A DNA stretch of 64,000 bases from Candidatus Tectimicrobiota bacterium (lineage in GTDB: Bacteria; JACPUC01), in assembly GCA_016192455.1 (NCBI GenBank), contig JACPUC010000007.1, forward strand, positions 68,720-132,719, given 5' to 3'. This document shows, in pieces, positions 9,739 to 19,276 of the stretch. Each line of letters opens with the position of its first letter. Position 1 is the first letter of the stretch. Below the pieces are notes generated by a model. That model did not search any database. It worked only from the letters and a program-made list of their open reading frames with translations, and was not told the origin of the DNA. The position numbers were made by a program, and so were the translations under genes.

Positions 9739-10506
9739 TCAAGCGCGGCTGTGGAATGCCGTCATGTATGATTTGGCCGCGTTGACGATGAGGCGGGTGG
9801 TATCGAAGACGATGAGCTGGTAGCCCTCCGCGACCAGTTTGCGGGCGGTCTGCGGGTCGCCTGCCACCGTACCGAGAGGCAGGCCTGCCGCCCGGGTCTT
9901 GGCGGCGATCTCCGCGATGGCGGCTTGCACCGTTGGGTGCTGCCGCTGGCCGGGCAGGCCGAGGGAGTGCGACAGATCGCTGGGGCCGATAAAGATCGCA
10001 TCGATCCCCGGCACCTCGAGGATGCTGTCGAGGTTGCGCAGACCCTCGACGCTCTCGATCTGGGCGATGAGGAGGGTCTCCTCGTTCGCCCGCTGCACAT
10101 AGTTCGGAATATCCTCGCTCCCATAGCCGGTCAGGCGCGTCACCGAGCCCAGGCCACGCTGCCCCAACGGCGTGAAGCGCGCCGCCTGCACGATGGCCCG
10201 CGCCTCGTCGGCGCTGTCGACGTGCGGCAGCAACAGTCCCTGGGCGCCGGCGTCGAGCGCCTTGTTGATGACGGCGGGGGCATGCAGGTAGACGCGCACG
10301 ATCGGCGTCACGTTCCAGAGCTCGGCGGCGCGGATGAGGTCCTCGACGGCAAGCATGTCGAGGGCGGAGTGCTCCGTGTCGATGAGGACGAAGTCGCAGC
10401 CGCCGACTCCCAGCAGCTCCACGACCATCGGCGCCGGAATACCCAGGAAGGGCCCGGCTACCGCGCGCCCTTCACGCAGCGCCAGCTTGACGCGATTTAC
10501 CCGCAT
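9739..10506 (-). CDS. HpcH/HpaI family 2-keto-3-deoxy-sugar-acid aldolase
   Basis: From Met MRVNRVKLALREGRAVAG. It carries the divalent-metal aldolase signature of HpcH/HpaI/YfaU-like enzymes. Confidence 0.75.
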   Translation of the reverse strand: MRVNRVKLALREGRAVAGPFLGIPAPMVVELLGVGGCDFVLIDTEHSALDMLAVEDLIRAAELWNVTPIVRVYLHAPAVINKALDAGAQGLLLPHVDSADEARAIVQAARFTPLGQRGLGSVTRLTGYGSEDIPNYVQRANEETLLIAQIESVEGLRNLDSILEVPGIDAIFIGPSDLSHSLGLPGQRQHPTVQAAIAEIAAKTRAAGLPLGTVAGDPQTARKLVAEGYQLIVFDTTRLIVNAAKSYMTAFHSRA

Positions 10507-10756
10507 GGCCGACTCCTCACCGCGCAGCGCGGCGGCGGTTGACACCCCAAAGGCCGGAGCGTACCTTAGCCGCGATGCTCGTGGGTGTCAAGCGTCTCGA
10601 CGCGCCGCGCCTCGTCAGCCGACCGCTTCCGCGCTGCCCCGCGTAAGGGCCTTGGAGCAGGCAGGAGCGTCGACGCTCCTCCCACGCCTCGTCGCATGCC
10701 CTCCTCCCCCATCCGACCCTGCTCGATCGCCGCGTGCCGCGCGCAAGGAGTCCAGC

Positions 10757-12076
10757 GTGATTCAAAAAGGTGCTGAGATCGCTCCACCGAGCGGCAAGCT
10801 CGGAATCCTCCTCCCCGGCATGGGGGCCGTCTCGACGACGTTCATCATCGGCGTCCTGGCGATCCGCCGCGGCCTGGGCGAGCCGATCGGCTCCCTCACC
10901 CAGCTCGGCACCATTCGGCTGGGGAAACGGACCGAGGGGCGCAGCCCGCTCATCAAGGACTTCGTGCCCCTGGCCGGCCTCGACGATCTCGTCTTCGGCG
11001 GCTGGGACATCTTCGCTGACTCCTGCTACGAGGCGGCCTTGCGCGCCGGCGTGCTGGAGCGGGGCCTGATCGAGGCGCTGCGGCCGGAGATCGAACAGAT
11101 CAAGCCGTGGCCGGGGGTCTTCGATCAAAGCTACGTGCGCAACCTGCATGGGACCCACGTGAAGCGCGGCGACAGCAAGATGGACCTGGCCGAGCAGATC
11201 ATGGAGGACGTGCGGCATTTTCAGCAGGAGCAGCGGCTTGCCCGCATGGTCGCCATCTGGTGCGGCAGCACCGAGGTGTTCTGCGAGGCGCAGCCGGTGC
11301 ACGCCAGCGTCGCCGCCTTCGAGAAGGGCCTGCGCGACAGCGACCCCGCCATCGCGCCCAGCCAGGTCTACGCTTACGCCCTGCTGAAGAGCGGCGTCCC
11401 CTTCGCCAACGGCGCGCCGAACCTCACCGTCGATCTGCCGGCCTTCATCGAGCTGGCGCGCGAGCATGCCCTGCCGATCATGGGCAAGGACTTCAAGACC
11501 GGGCAGACGCTCATGAAGACGATCATCGCCCCCGGCCTGAAGGCGCGCATGCTCGGCATGAAGGGCTGGTTCTCGACGAACATCCTGGGGAACCGCGACG
11601 GCGAAGTGCTGGACGACCCCTCCTCGTTCAAGACGAAGGAGCAGAGCAAGAAGTCGGTGCTCGAATACATCCTGCAGCCGGAGCTCTACAAGAACCTCTA
11701 CGGCAACGTGCACCACGTGGTGCGCATCAACTACTACCCGCCGCACGGCGACAACAAGGAGGGCTGGGACAACATCGACATCTTCGGCTGGCTCGGCTAC
11801 CCGATGCAGATTAAGGTGAATTTCCTCTGCCGCGACAGCATCCTGGCGGCCCCTCTGGTGCTCGACCTGGCGCTCTTCATGGACCTGGCCCAGCGCGCCG
11901 GCATGAGCGGCATCCAGGAGTGGCTCTCCTTCTACTTCAAAAGCCCCATGTGCGCCCCCCAAGTCTACCCCGAACACGACCTCTTCATCCAACTCATGAA
12001 ACTCAAAAACACCCTGCGCTACCTCCGCGGCGAAGAACAAATTACGCACCTGGGGGTGGAGTATTATGAGGCGTAG
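10757..12076 (+). CDS. ino1: inositol-3-phosphate synthase (MIPS)
   Basis: GTG start at 10757 within ORF 10334..12076. The N-terminal Rossmann motif GILLPGMGAVSTTFIIG matches archaeal/bacterial MIPS (GxxGxVSTT). The length (440 aa) and the remainder align to the MIPS fold. Confidence 0.7.
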   Translation: MIQKGAEIAPPSGKLGILLPGMGAVSTTFIIGVLAIRRGLGEPIGSLTQLGTIRLGKRTEGRSPLIKDFVPLAGLDDLVFGGWDIFADSCYEAALRAGVLERGLIEALRPEIEQIKPWPGVFDQSYVRNLHGTHVKRGDSKMDLAEQIMEDVRHFQQEQRLARMVAIWCGSTEVFCEAQPVHASVAAFEKGLRDSDPAIAPSQVYAYALLKSGVPFANGAPNLTVDLPAFIELAREHALPIMGKDFKTGQTLMKTIIAPGLKARMLGMKGWFSTNILGNRDGEVLDDPSSFKTKEQSKKSVLEYILQPELYKNLYGNVHHVVRINYYPPHGDNKEGWDNIDIFGWLGYPMQIKVNFLCRDSILAAPLVLDLALFMDLAQRAGMSGIQEWLSFYFKSPMCAPQVYPEHDLFIQLMKLKNTLRYLRGEEQITHLGVEYYEA

Positions 12077-12188
12077 GATTTGGGGAAAGAGAGGGTGCAG
12101 TGTATCGGCGAGTTTACGATGTTGGCAACCCGGGGACGGCTTCGGTGTGACGCGACTGATTCAGAAGCCGCATAGCCAGGAATAAGCA

Positions 12189-14096
12189 GTGCGTGTCCGG
12201 CGACTCACAATTCAGAACTTCCGTGGCATATCGAGCGGCGTCGTTGATTTCGCGCGCGATACCCTGCTTGTCGGTGGCAATAACGCGGGAAAGTCCACAG
12301 TCTGCGAAGCGCTCGATCTAGTCCTGGGTCCGGAACGATTGTATCACCGCCCCGTAATCAACGAGCACGACTTTTACAAGGGTCGATATCTCGATGATGA
12401 GGGCGCGCCGGTCGAGATTCGGATTGAAGCCCTACTGCTAGACATCTCTGAAGAGGCAGAGCGACGGTTTCACAACCATCTGCGCCGCTGGAACGACACG
12501 AAGGGCTGTTTCGCTGACGAAGAAGGCGCCGGTCCTGAGGCGGGGGATGCGGACGGAACCTGCTGGGCATTACCCGTTGTTTTTATCGGCCGCTACGATG
12601 AAATTGAGGATGACTTTGTCGGCAATACCTTTCTTGCGCATCCCCTAAATGCCGTAGAGATAGAAGACGATGAGGAAACAAGGATCGGGGCGGGCTTCCG
12701 GGTATTCACCCGGGATCATAAGCGGCTATGTGGATTTCTATACTTGCGGACACTACGCACGGGATCAAGGGCGCTGAGCCTGCAACGCGGATCACTGCTT
12801 GATACGACTCTCCGGATCGGCGGGACCGGTCTCGAAAAGATGTGGCAGGATACTCTTGAGCGCTTGCAGAACCTCGATCCGCCTATCGGAGAGATCGACC
12901 AGCTCAAAAAAATCCGATCCGAAGTCGAAAAACGCATGAGTCAATTTGTCGGTCTGGCCCCGGCGGGAGAGGCGACTGCTTTCTTCGCATCGGACATGAC
13001 GCGGGAAAATTTGCGGGAAGTAGTCCGCTTTTTTGTCGCGTCCGAGCAAAGCGGGCACCTGCTGCCGTTCCAGCGCCTGGGAAGCGGCGCCATCAATATC
13101 CTGGTTTTCGCTCTCCTGACGTTCATTGCGGAACTGAAGGAGAAGCAGTCTGTCATCTTCGCCATGGAAGAACCCGAGATCGCCCTGCCGCCACATACAC
13201 AAAGGCGTGTGGTCCGATTCTCGCTCCGCGAGATGGGCCAGACGATCGTAACGTCGCACTCCCCTTACGTCATTGAGCAGTTCGAGCCCGAACAGATCGT
13301 TATGCTCAATCGGGGGGGCGACGGGACTCTGTCAGGCAAACCCATCGACACGCAAGGTATTAGGATGAAGACGTTCAAAACCGAACGGAAACAGTTTGCC
13401 GAAGCTGTCCTGAGCCGCGCGGTGCTTGTCGTGGAAGGCTCAACCGAGGCTGCCATCTTCTCCCAAGCATCCACGGTAATGGAGAAGGCGCGCGGCTCTG
13501 AAAAGTACACGCACTTTGACCTGGCCGGTGTAACCGTATTCAACGCGGGAGGTGACGGGTCTGTGCCGCGCTACGGCCCCGTTTTCATGGCTCTTAATAA
13601 GCAGATATTTGGGTTTTTCGACAAACTGAGTTCACCTTTATCCGGCGATGCAACGACAAAACTCGCGAGCTACACAAAGTACTGGGAGTCGCCACACAAG
13701 GGCATCGAAAACCTGCTCGTCGAGGAAATGTCTGTCGCTACGCTGCGCCGCTTCCTGGAAAAGGTCGGGGCGCGCCCAGACTATCCGTTACATCATCCGC
13801 ATCTGGCCGACACGATGAATGATGCGGAGGTCAAGGATCTGGCGCATAGGCTCCTGAAGGACCGTAAGGGTGATGCGTATGGATACGGCGCGCTGCTCAT
13901 TGCTGAATCCACGACGGAACATGAGCTGCCGAATACCATCCGCACCATTCTTGACGAGATAAATGAAAGGCTCGCACCGCCCGCCAAAAAGGACGGGCCT
14001 GCTGAAGATACCCAATCTGCCGCGGCTGTCGCCGCAGAGAATACAACCGGCCCTGTTTCAGCGTCCGAGGGTATGGCGATTGCGGCTGAACCTTGA
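12189..14096 (+). CDS. gajA: GajA-like OLD-family ATPase-Toprim nuclease (Gabija effector / class 2 OLD)
   Basis: GTG start. N-terminal ABC-type ATPase with Walker A LLVGGNNAGKST. C-terminal Toprim with the catalytic glutamate in VLVVEGSTEAAIF and an acidic DxD-type region in FDLAGVTVFNAGGDGS. Adjacent to a UvrD-like helicase, as in Gabija. Confidence 0.8.
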   Translation: MRVRRLTIQNFRGISSGVVDFARDTLLVGGNNAGKSTVCEALDLVLGPERLYHRPVINEHDFYKGRYLDDEGAPVEIRIEALLLDISEEAERRFHNHLRRWNDTKGCFADEEGAGPEAGDADGTCWALPVVFIGRYDEIEDDFVGNTFLAHPLNAVEIEDDEETRIGAGFRVFTRDHKRLCGFLYLRTLRTGSRALSLQRGSLLDTTLRIGGTGLEKMWQDTLERLQNLDPPIGEIDQLKKIRSEVEKRMSQFVGLAPAGEATAFFASDMTRENLREVVRFFVASEQSGHLLPFQRLGSGAINILVFALLTFIAELKEKQSVIFAMEEPEIALPPHTQRRVVRFSLREMGQTIVTSHSPYVIEQFEPEQIVMLNRGGDGTLSGKPIDTQGIRMKTFKTERKQFAEAVLSRAVLVVEGSTEAAIFSQASTVMEKARGSEKYTHFDLAGVTVFNAGGDGSVPRYGPVFMALNKQIFGFFDKLSSPLSGDATTKLASYTKYWESPHKGIENLLVEEMSVATLRRFLEKVGARPDYPLHHPHLADTMNDAEVKDLAHRLLKDRKGDAYGYGALLIAESTTEHELPNTIRTILDEINERLAPPAKKDGPAEDTQSAAAVAAENTTGPVSASEGMAIAAEP

Positions 14097-15789
14097 ACAG
14101 AAACACGAGGACATCATCAAGGCACCCCGACACCTACTTGTGACGGGTGGTCCGGGGTCGGGTAAGACGACTATCGCGCTGCTCAAAGCGAAAGAGCGCA
14201 GTCAGACCCTGAAACCTGGCCAGGAAATTCTGTTTCTCAGTTTCTCGCGCGCGGCTGTCAGACAAATCCTCACTGCCTGCAAGGACATCCTGACAGCGAA
14301 AGAGCGCAAGCTCATTCAGGTTAAAACCTATCATTCTTTCTGCCTTGAGGTTCTAGAATCCCATGGCCGTCTTCTCTCTGGCCGCCCCGTTAGTTTCTTG
14401 TACCCTAGTGACGAACGTATCCGCAAATCCACTTTTCACGGTGACTGGGGTGCCGAGCGGAGCCGCCTTTCGATCCAAGAGGGCCTCTATTGCTTTGATC
14501 TTTTCGCTCCTTCTGTCGCAACACTCTATAAACAGTGTAACGCTCTCAGGACGCTCTACGCGGACAAGTATCCTTTTGTGATCGTGGATGAGTTTCAGGA
14601 CACAGACGATGATCAGTGGCGCATCATCCAGGAATTTCTGCGTGTCACGGATGTATTCTGCCTTGCCGATCCGGAGCAGAGGATATTCGAGTACCGGGAA
14701 AATGTCGATCCCCGCCGTATCGAGTCGTTGCGGGAACTGGTAAAGCCCGCAGAGTTTGATTTAGGAGGCGATAACCACCGCAGCCCTGCCACAGGTATTC
14801 TGCAGTTTGCCGACGGCATCCTCCATAACCGCTCGCCATTGCCAAAGGCTAACGAGGTCGAGATTGTCTGTTACTACAACCGGACTTTCGAATCCACGGT
14901 CCATGCGGTCGTTCTCTGGACCTTCAGCAAGCTTAGGAGCGAGGGTATCCAAAGCCCCTGCGTCGCGGTTCTTTGCCGGAGCAACCATTTTGTCGCGCGA
15001 CTCTCCGGCATTCTCGCTGAAAGGCATAAGTTCAAGGACCAGCCATTACGGCCCGTAGAGCACGATGTCGTATGGGATGCAGATCTATCCGCGGCCTCTG
15101 CACAAGTTGTCAGCTCGATTCTCGAGTGGCAAACGAAGGCCCCCCGTCTCGCTGTCCACGATACTTTGCAAATCATCGCACACTACTATCGACTCAAGAA
15201 CGCTGAATCCCCATCCAAAACGGCTGCAGACAACGCCAGTAAGTTCCAAAAGGCTGCTAATGCCGTAAGTGAGGCCCGTAATCCGCTCATCAAGGGCGGA
15301 AAGGAGCTTTTACGCCTTGCCGGGGAGGGACTTACCTACGTTGGATCCCCGGTGACGGACTGGCTGCGGGCACGGCGTATTCTTAATGACATTGCGTCGC
15401 TTAACGAGCTGTTTCGCGAGGCACGGCTCGTCAGGTTGTTCCGGGCGACCGATGCGCTAGCAACAGGCCTTTCAGATTTATGGTTGTCACAGGGAACCTA
15501 TGCCGGGGCAGCCGATCTGGTGAAACGGATTCTTGACCGTGAACGATTGCTGGCGGCCGACCGTGATCCACATGGATGCATGCTCAAGACAATCCACAAA
15601 TCGAAGGGCAAAGAGTATGACGGCGTGGTGCTTGTCGAAGGCGCCTACGAATCCACTTTCTTCGATCAGAATCGTGAAAGACCGCCATATCCAGCCAGTC
15701 GCCGTTTGCTCCGCGTGGGAATCACACGAGCTCGCAGCCAGGTCACCCTTGTGCGGCCACACGGTGCGTATCTGCTTGTCGATCCTTGA
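14080..15789 (+). CDS. gajB: GajB-like UvrD/PcrA-family helicase
   Basis: ORF 13963..15789. Walker A LLVTGGPGSGKTT, DEFQD box VIVDEFQDTDDDQ, and C-terminal LKTIHKSKGKEYDGVVLV / VGITRARSQ motifs. The start is uncertain (TTG 14080 or CTG 14086 overlapping the gajA stop; ATG 13963 would overlap gajA by 130 nt). Confidence 0.75.
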   Translation: MRLNLEQKHEDIIKAPRHLLVTGGPGSGKTTIALLKAKERSQTLKPGQEILFLSFSRAAVRQILTACKDILTAKERKLIQVKTYHSFCLEVLESHGRLLSGRPVSFLYPSDERIRKSTFHGDWGAERSRLSIQEGLYCFDLFAPSVATLYKQCNALRTLYADKYPFVIVDEFQDTDDDQWRIIQEFLRVTDVFCLADPEQRIFEYRENVDPRRIESLRELVKPAEFDLGGDNHRSPATGILQFADGILHNRSPLPKANEVEIVCYYNRTFESTVHAVVLWTFSKLRSEGIQSPCVAVLCRSNHFVARLSGILAERHKFKDQPLRPVEHDVVWDADLSAASAQVVSSILEWQTKAPRLAVHDTLQIIAHYYRLKNAESPSKTAADNASKFQKAANAVSEARNPLIKGGKELLRLAGEGLTYVGSPVTDWLRARRILNDIASLNELFREARLVRLFRATDALATGLSDLWLSQGTYAGAADLVKRILDRERLLAADRDPHGCMLKTIHKSKGKEYDGVVLVEGAYESTFFDQNRERPPYPASRRLLRVGITRARSQVTLVRPHGAYLLVDP

Positions 15790-15830
15790 CACCCGTTCTT
15801 GGCTCGTGCATCACGTAGGCTGCGTCGCGT

Positions 15831-16136
15831 TCATCGGGAGGCATAGATGACCTCCGCCGTTGCCAAGATTCCCCGGCGCCGAAAGGGGTTCTTCAACCCT
15901 CCCTTGGCTACCAGATTAACTTCCCGCCCGAAAAGTTCCTTCAGCTCGTCGATCATGTCGAGCCAGTCATAGAGGCTCAGACCATGCCCCGGCTGCAGGT
16001 CCACCAAAACATCCACGTCGCTCTCCGGGCCGAAGTCTTCCCGCAGCGCCGAGCCGAAGATGGAGAGCTCCCTCACCCTCCACTTGCGGCAAAAGGCTGC
16101 GATGCGCTCCCGGTCGATTTCAATCTGAAGCGCCAT
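15831..16136 (-). CDS. minimal nucleotidyltransferase (MNT/HepT-system antitoxin-like), orphan
   Basis: IFGSALREDFGPESDVDVLVDL is the GSxxxGx5SDxD polymerase-beta-fold nucleotidyltransferase motif. No HEPN/HepT partner ORF is adjacent. Confidence 0.7.
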   Translation of the reverse strand: MALQIEIDRERIAAFCRKWRVRELSIFGSALREDFGPESDVDVLVDLQPGHGLSLYDWLDMIDELKELFGREVNLVAKGGLKNPFRRRGILATAEVIYASR

Positions 16137-16346
16137 CGCCAGTACTTCCTTCACGTCCCTTCAATGCGGGGACGCGAGGTTGGTGAGGTCGTATCGCCGC
16201 GCATCAACAAATGTTTCGCTTGCCTACTCCCACAGCCCGCCGCGCTGCTTGCTGGACATGTTACCGTGAAGCGGAGCTTCCCGAAAGCCTGACCAGCCGC
16301 GTCAGTCCCTGCTGGGAGCCCCCTGCTCCCCCACACCCCCTCTCAC

Positions 16347-16369
16347 CGCGAGCTGCGCAGCAGCTCGCG
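16347..16369. repeat. perfect GC-rich palindrome (9-bp stem, 5-nt loop) CGCGAGCTG-CGCAG-CAGCTCGCG
   Basis: Read directly. Lies in the intergenic region between the MNT and MBL genes. No U-tract follows. Confidence 0.6.
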
Positions 16370-16376
16370 TAGAAGA

Positions 16377-16406
16377 GGTGCGCGAGGGGGCGCGGCTCCC
16401 TCGCAG
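16377..16406. repeat. 30-bp direct repeat copy 1 (GGTGCGCGAGGGGGCGCGGCTCCCTCGCAG) containing hairpin GCGAGGG-N9-CCCTCGC
   Basis: An identical 30-mer recurs 78 bp downstream. Contains an internal 7-bp inverted repeat. Confidence 0.6.
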
Positions 16407-16454
16407 ACTTAGTTCCGGGTGGGGCAAGCCCCGTCCCTACGATCAGCCCTTGAA

Positions 16455-16484
16455 GGTGCGCGAGGGGGCGCGGCTCCCTCGCAG
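16455..16484. repeat. 30-bp direct repeat copy 2
   Basis: Identical to 16377..16406. Lies ~70 bp downstream of the stop of the minus-strand MBL gene. Confidence 0.6.
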
Positions 16485-16552
16485 TCCTCATTCTACGAGA
16501 CACGTCAGCACGCGGTCTTGTGCCGCGTCGCCCTCCCCTCTTCCCGCCGCTC

Positions 16553-17380
16553 TCACACCACCATCAGGTCCTCGCCCACGACGATCTCTCCCTGGTAGTC
16601 GCGGCGCACCACCTCGAGCAGCTTGGCCACGTCGGTGTTGGGGACGAGGTGGGTCAGCACCAGCTTCTTCACCCGCGCCTCCCGCGCCACTTTGCCCACA
16701 TCCTCGGGGAGCGTGTGGTAGGAGCCGAGGTCGCGCACCATCTCCGCCTCCGAGTTCCAGCTTGCCTTTAGGGCCGGGGGCAGGTTCGTCAACTGCATGC
16801 ACTCGTGGATGAGGACGTCGGCGCCGCGGGCGTTCTTGATCACGGCATCGCAGGGGCGGGTGTCGCCGGAGATGACGATACAGCGGTTCGGCGCTTCGAA
16901 GCGGATGCCGAAGGACGGGGTGACGGGGGGATGCTCGTTCTCGAAGAAGGCGGCGCGCCAGCCCTTCCCTTCGAGGACGAACCCCTGGTCGACCTCATGG
17001 GCGGCGATGCTCGGGTAGGGCCGCGTGCCCCCCTTGAACGAGCGGCGCAGCTCGATGTCGTAGGCGTGCAGATCGAGGAGCGTCTCCGAGATGCGCTTCA
17101 TGCGTTCCCCGCCGTAGACCCGCAGGGGATCGTGCCGGCCCATCACCCAGCTCGTGAGCAGGAAATGGCCGTAGTCGATATTGTGGTCCGAGTGGTGGTG
17201 CGTGAAGAGCAGCGTCTTGACCTTCTTCAGCGGCACGCCGGCGCGCACCAACTGCATGGCCGCGCCGCTGCCGCAGTCGACGAGCACGCTCTCGCCGCTC
17301 TCGAAGAGCATCACCTGGCTGGGCCCCTGCCGCTGAACATCCGGGATGGGACACCCCGTTCCGAGTAGCTGGCAGCGCAT
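16553..17380 (-). CDS. MBL-fold metallo-hydrolase
   Basis: The HxHxDH motif appears as LLFTHHHSDHNIDYG. Later H/D ligands (VLIHE, THL) are present. Confidence 0.8.
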   Translation of the reverse strand: MRCQLLGTGCPIPDVQRQGPSQVMLFESGESVLVDCGSGAAMQLVRAGVPLKKVKTLLFTHHHSDHNIDYGHFLLTSWVMGRHDPLRVYGGERMKRISETLLDLHAYDIELRRSFKGGTRPYPSIAAHEVDQGFVLEGKGWRAAFFENEHPPVTPSFGIRFEAPNRCIVISGDTRPCDAVIKNARGADVLIHECMQLTNLPPALKASWNSEAEMVRDLGSYHTLPEDVGKVAREARVKKLVLTHLVPNTDVAKLLEVVRRDYQGEIVVGEDLMVV

Positions 17381-17567
17381 CTCTCCCCCTTCTCGCGCGG
17401 TGTGGGTGTGGAATGGCTTTGACGTGGTCTGGTCTCAGTAGTATAGCAGCTCCGTGGCCGAAGAAGATGGGGCGGCGCGGCTCCCTCCTCCCCATACCCA
17501 AAGGCTGGGCCGAGAGCCGGAGAAGCCTCTCTCGGTCGTCGTTCCACCTCCTTGGCTTTATCCTCCT

Positions 17568-18449
17568 ATGCCCGCGGAACTCTTCGCGCTGCTCGCCGCC
17601 CTCTTCCTTGGCAGCGCCACCGGCTGTTCAGGGCTGGCCCTGCGCACCAGCACAACCCTGACGGTGCTCAACTTCTCCGTCGTCATGAATGCCGTCGTTC
17701 TCTGGTTGATCTTGCTGGTGCGCTTGGCGGGAGGAGCCACGTCCCCGTTCCTTACCTTCCGGGCCCTCGTTCCCTTCATTGTCGCGGGACTCTTCGTTCC
17801 ACTCATTGCGCGCATCTTCTTCTTTGAGGGGGTGCGGCGACTGGGACCTTCGCGCACGAGTTTCCTAAGCTCCTCCCAACCTCTCCTCGCCACCATGCTA
17901 GGGGTGCTCTTGTTGGGGGAGTCTCTCGCGTTGACGACCATCGCCGGCACCGCATGCATCGTCGGCGGCGTTCTCCTGCTCGCCAAGCGGAGCCCAGAGC
18001 AAGGCGCGATCTGGCGCTGGAAAGCGGCTGATGTCATCTTCCCGCTGATCTCGGCGTCGCTGTTCGCCTCGCGCGACGCCTTGGTGCGCGACGCCATGTT
18101 CACCTTGCGGGACCCGTACCTGGCCGCGACCGCGGCGGCAACCACCTCGGCCGTCTGCCTCGTCAGCTACATGACGGCGCGGGGACGCTGGCGCGATCTG
18201 GTCATCAGCCGTTCCAACTTCACGCCGTTGTTCCTCAGCGGTGTCGCCGCTGGCGTTTATTACTTTTTCCTTTTCCAGGCGCTCGGGCGCGGGCGGGTCT
18301 CGGTGGTGAACCCCCTCGTGGCAAGCTCTCCGCTTGTCGTGCTGCTGATCGCCATCATCTTCATGCGCGGCCAGGAGCTGATCACGCGCCGGCTGGTCCT
18401 GGGCGGCGGTCTCATCATGCTGGGCGGCTTCTTCATCACCACCTTCTGA
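17568..18449 (+). CDS. DMT superfamily (EamA-like) transporter
   Basis: ORF 17454..18449 from Met MPAELFALL. About 10 TM helices in two EamA-like halves. Confidence 0.65.
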   Translation: MPAELFALLAALFLGSATGCSGLALRTSTTLTVLNFSVVMNAVVLWLILLVRLAGGATSPFLTFRALVPFIVAGLFVPLIARIFFFEGVRRLGPSRTSFLSSSQPLLATMLGVLLLGESLALTTIAGTACIVGGVLLLAKRSPEQGAIWRWKAADVIFPLISASLFASRDALVRDAMFTLRDPYLAATAAATTSAVCLVSYMTARGRWRDLVISRSNFTPLFLSGVAAGVYYFFLFQALGRGRVSVVNPLVASSPLVVLLIAIIFMRGQELITRRLVLGGGLIMLGGFFITTF

Positions 18450-18593
18450 GGCGGGCTGCGCAGCGCGTCGGTGTGCGGGCCGTTCGCGCCAGTTTTTCCT
18501 TGCCTCGCCCGCGCCGTTCGCATATAGTCCGGCCTGCGGAGAGGAATCCCTCCCATGAGCTCCGAGTGTTACCTGTTCCCGAGGCGGTTGTGA

Positions 18594-18790
18594 AGCTTTA
18601 CGGGCGATGCGATAAATGCCAGGCGCCGATCTTCATGCACGTTGACAACGACCGGGACGCCTACAAGGTGCGGTCGTTCCGCTGTTGGAATGGCCATTAC
18701 CGAAGCTTTGAGAACGTGCGGCTCTCCATCCTGCCGCTCGATGAGCAGGAGCTGGAGGTTGTGGCCACGGTGCAATTCTTGGATCAGTAG
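18594..18790 (+). CDS. small zinc-ribbon-like protein (hypothetical)
   Basis: GTG start within ORF 18473..18790. CxxC...C-x-x-x-H pattern (GRCDKCQ...FRCWNGH). Weak support. Confidence 0.25.
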
Positions 18791-19276
18791 CCGTCAGCGG
18801 CGTTCTTGATTTTTATTCTCCTTCCCTCTCACCTGCTGTCATTCCCTCCGCTTCCCCTGCGCGGCGGCGCCCTGGCCCGAGGGGAGATGCCAGGGGCGCC
18901 TCAGTGTCAGTCTCATCGCCAGCTTAGAGCAAACAGGTGCCGTCGGCCGCCGCCGCACCTCCGGGATGCGCCGCGTCAGCCACTCTTGGGCTGGAGCCGA
19001 GGCTCATGGCCGAGGCGATCCCCAGAGGCCGGCATACGCGCTCGTCCGAGAGGTTCACGTCGGCGCGGCGCTGCGGTGGTGATGTGGAAGGCCCGAACGG
19101 AGGCTGCCCCGCGCGCTGTCCTTGCCAAAGTCGAGCGCGCCCCCAGGCGCGACACTGATGGCGCCGCACTCCTGGAGTTTAGAGAGGTGGGTACGAGGTG
19201 GCCGCCAGGCTCGGCGAGAGAGTGCCGCCGGGCTCCCTCCGGCAGGGTCGGAAGCAGGGTGGCTTTCGCTAGGTTC

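Larger units (their letters stand above)
12080..16160. other. lower-GC (~55%) putative horizontally acquired defence islet
   Basis: Visible base-composition drop relative to flanking ~68% GC DNA. Contents are defence-type genes (OLD-family nuclease, UvrD helicase, MNT). GC-rich palindromic repeats sit at the right border. Confidence 0.45.

Noticed and set aside
13963-14079. ATG 13963 as gajB start
   Set aside because: Would overlap gajA by 134 nt in another frame. Downstream TTG/CTG near the gajA stop is more plausible, but the start remains uncertain.
15487-15792. 101-aa minus-strand ORF as possible HepT/HEPN partner of the MNT gene
   Set aside because: Overlaps the gajB 3' end antisense. 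No Rx4-6H HEPN motif. Judged spurious, so the MNT is an orphan.
16377-16484. Possible mini-CRISPR array (two identical 30-bp repeats, 48-bp spacer)
   Set aside because: Only two repeat units, spacer longer than typical, no cas genes or leader. The palindromic repeat fits a REP/terminator-like element better.
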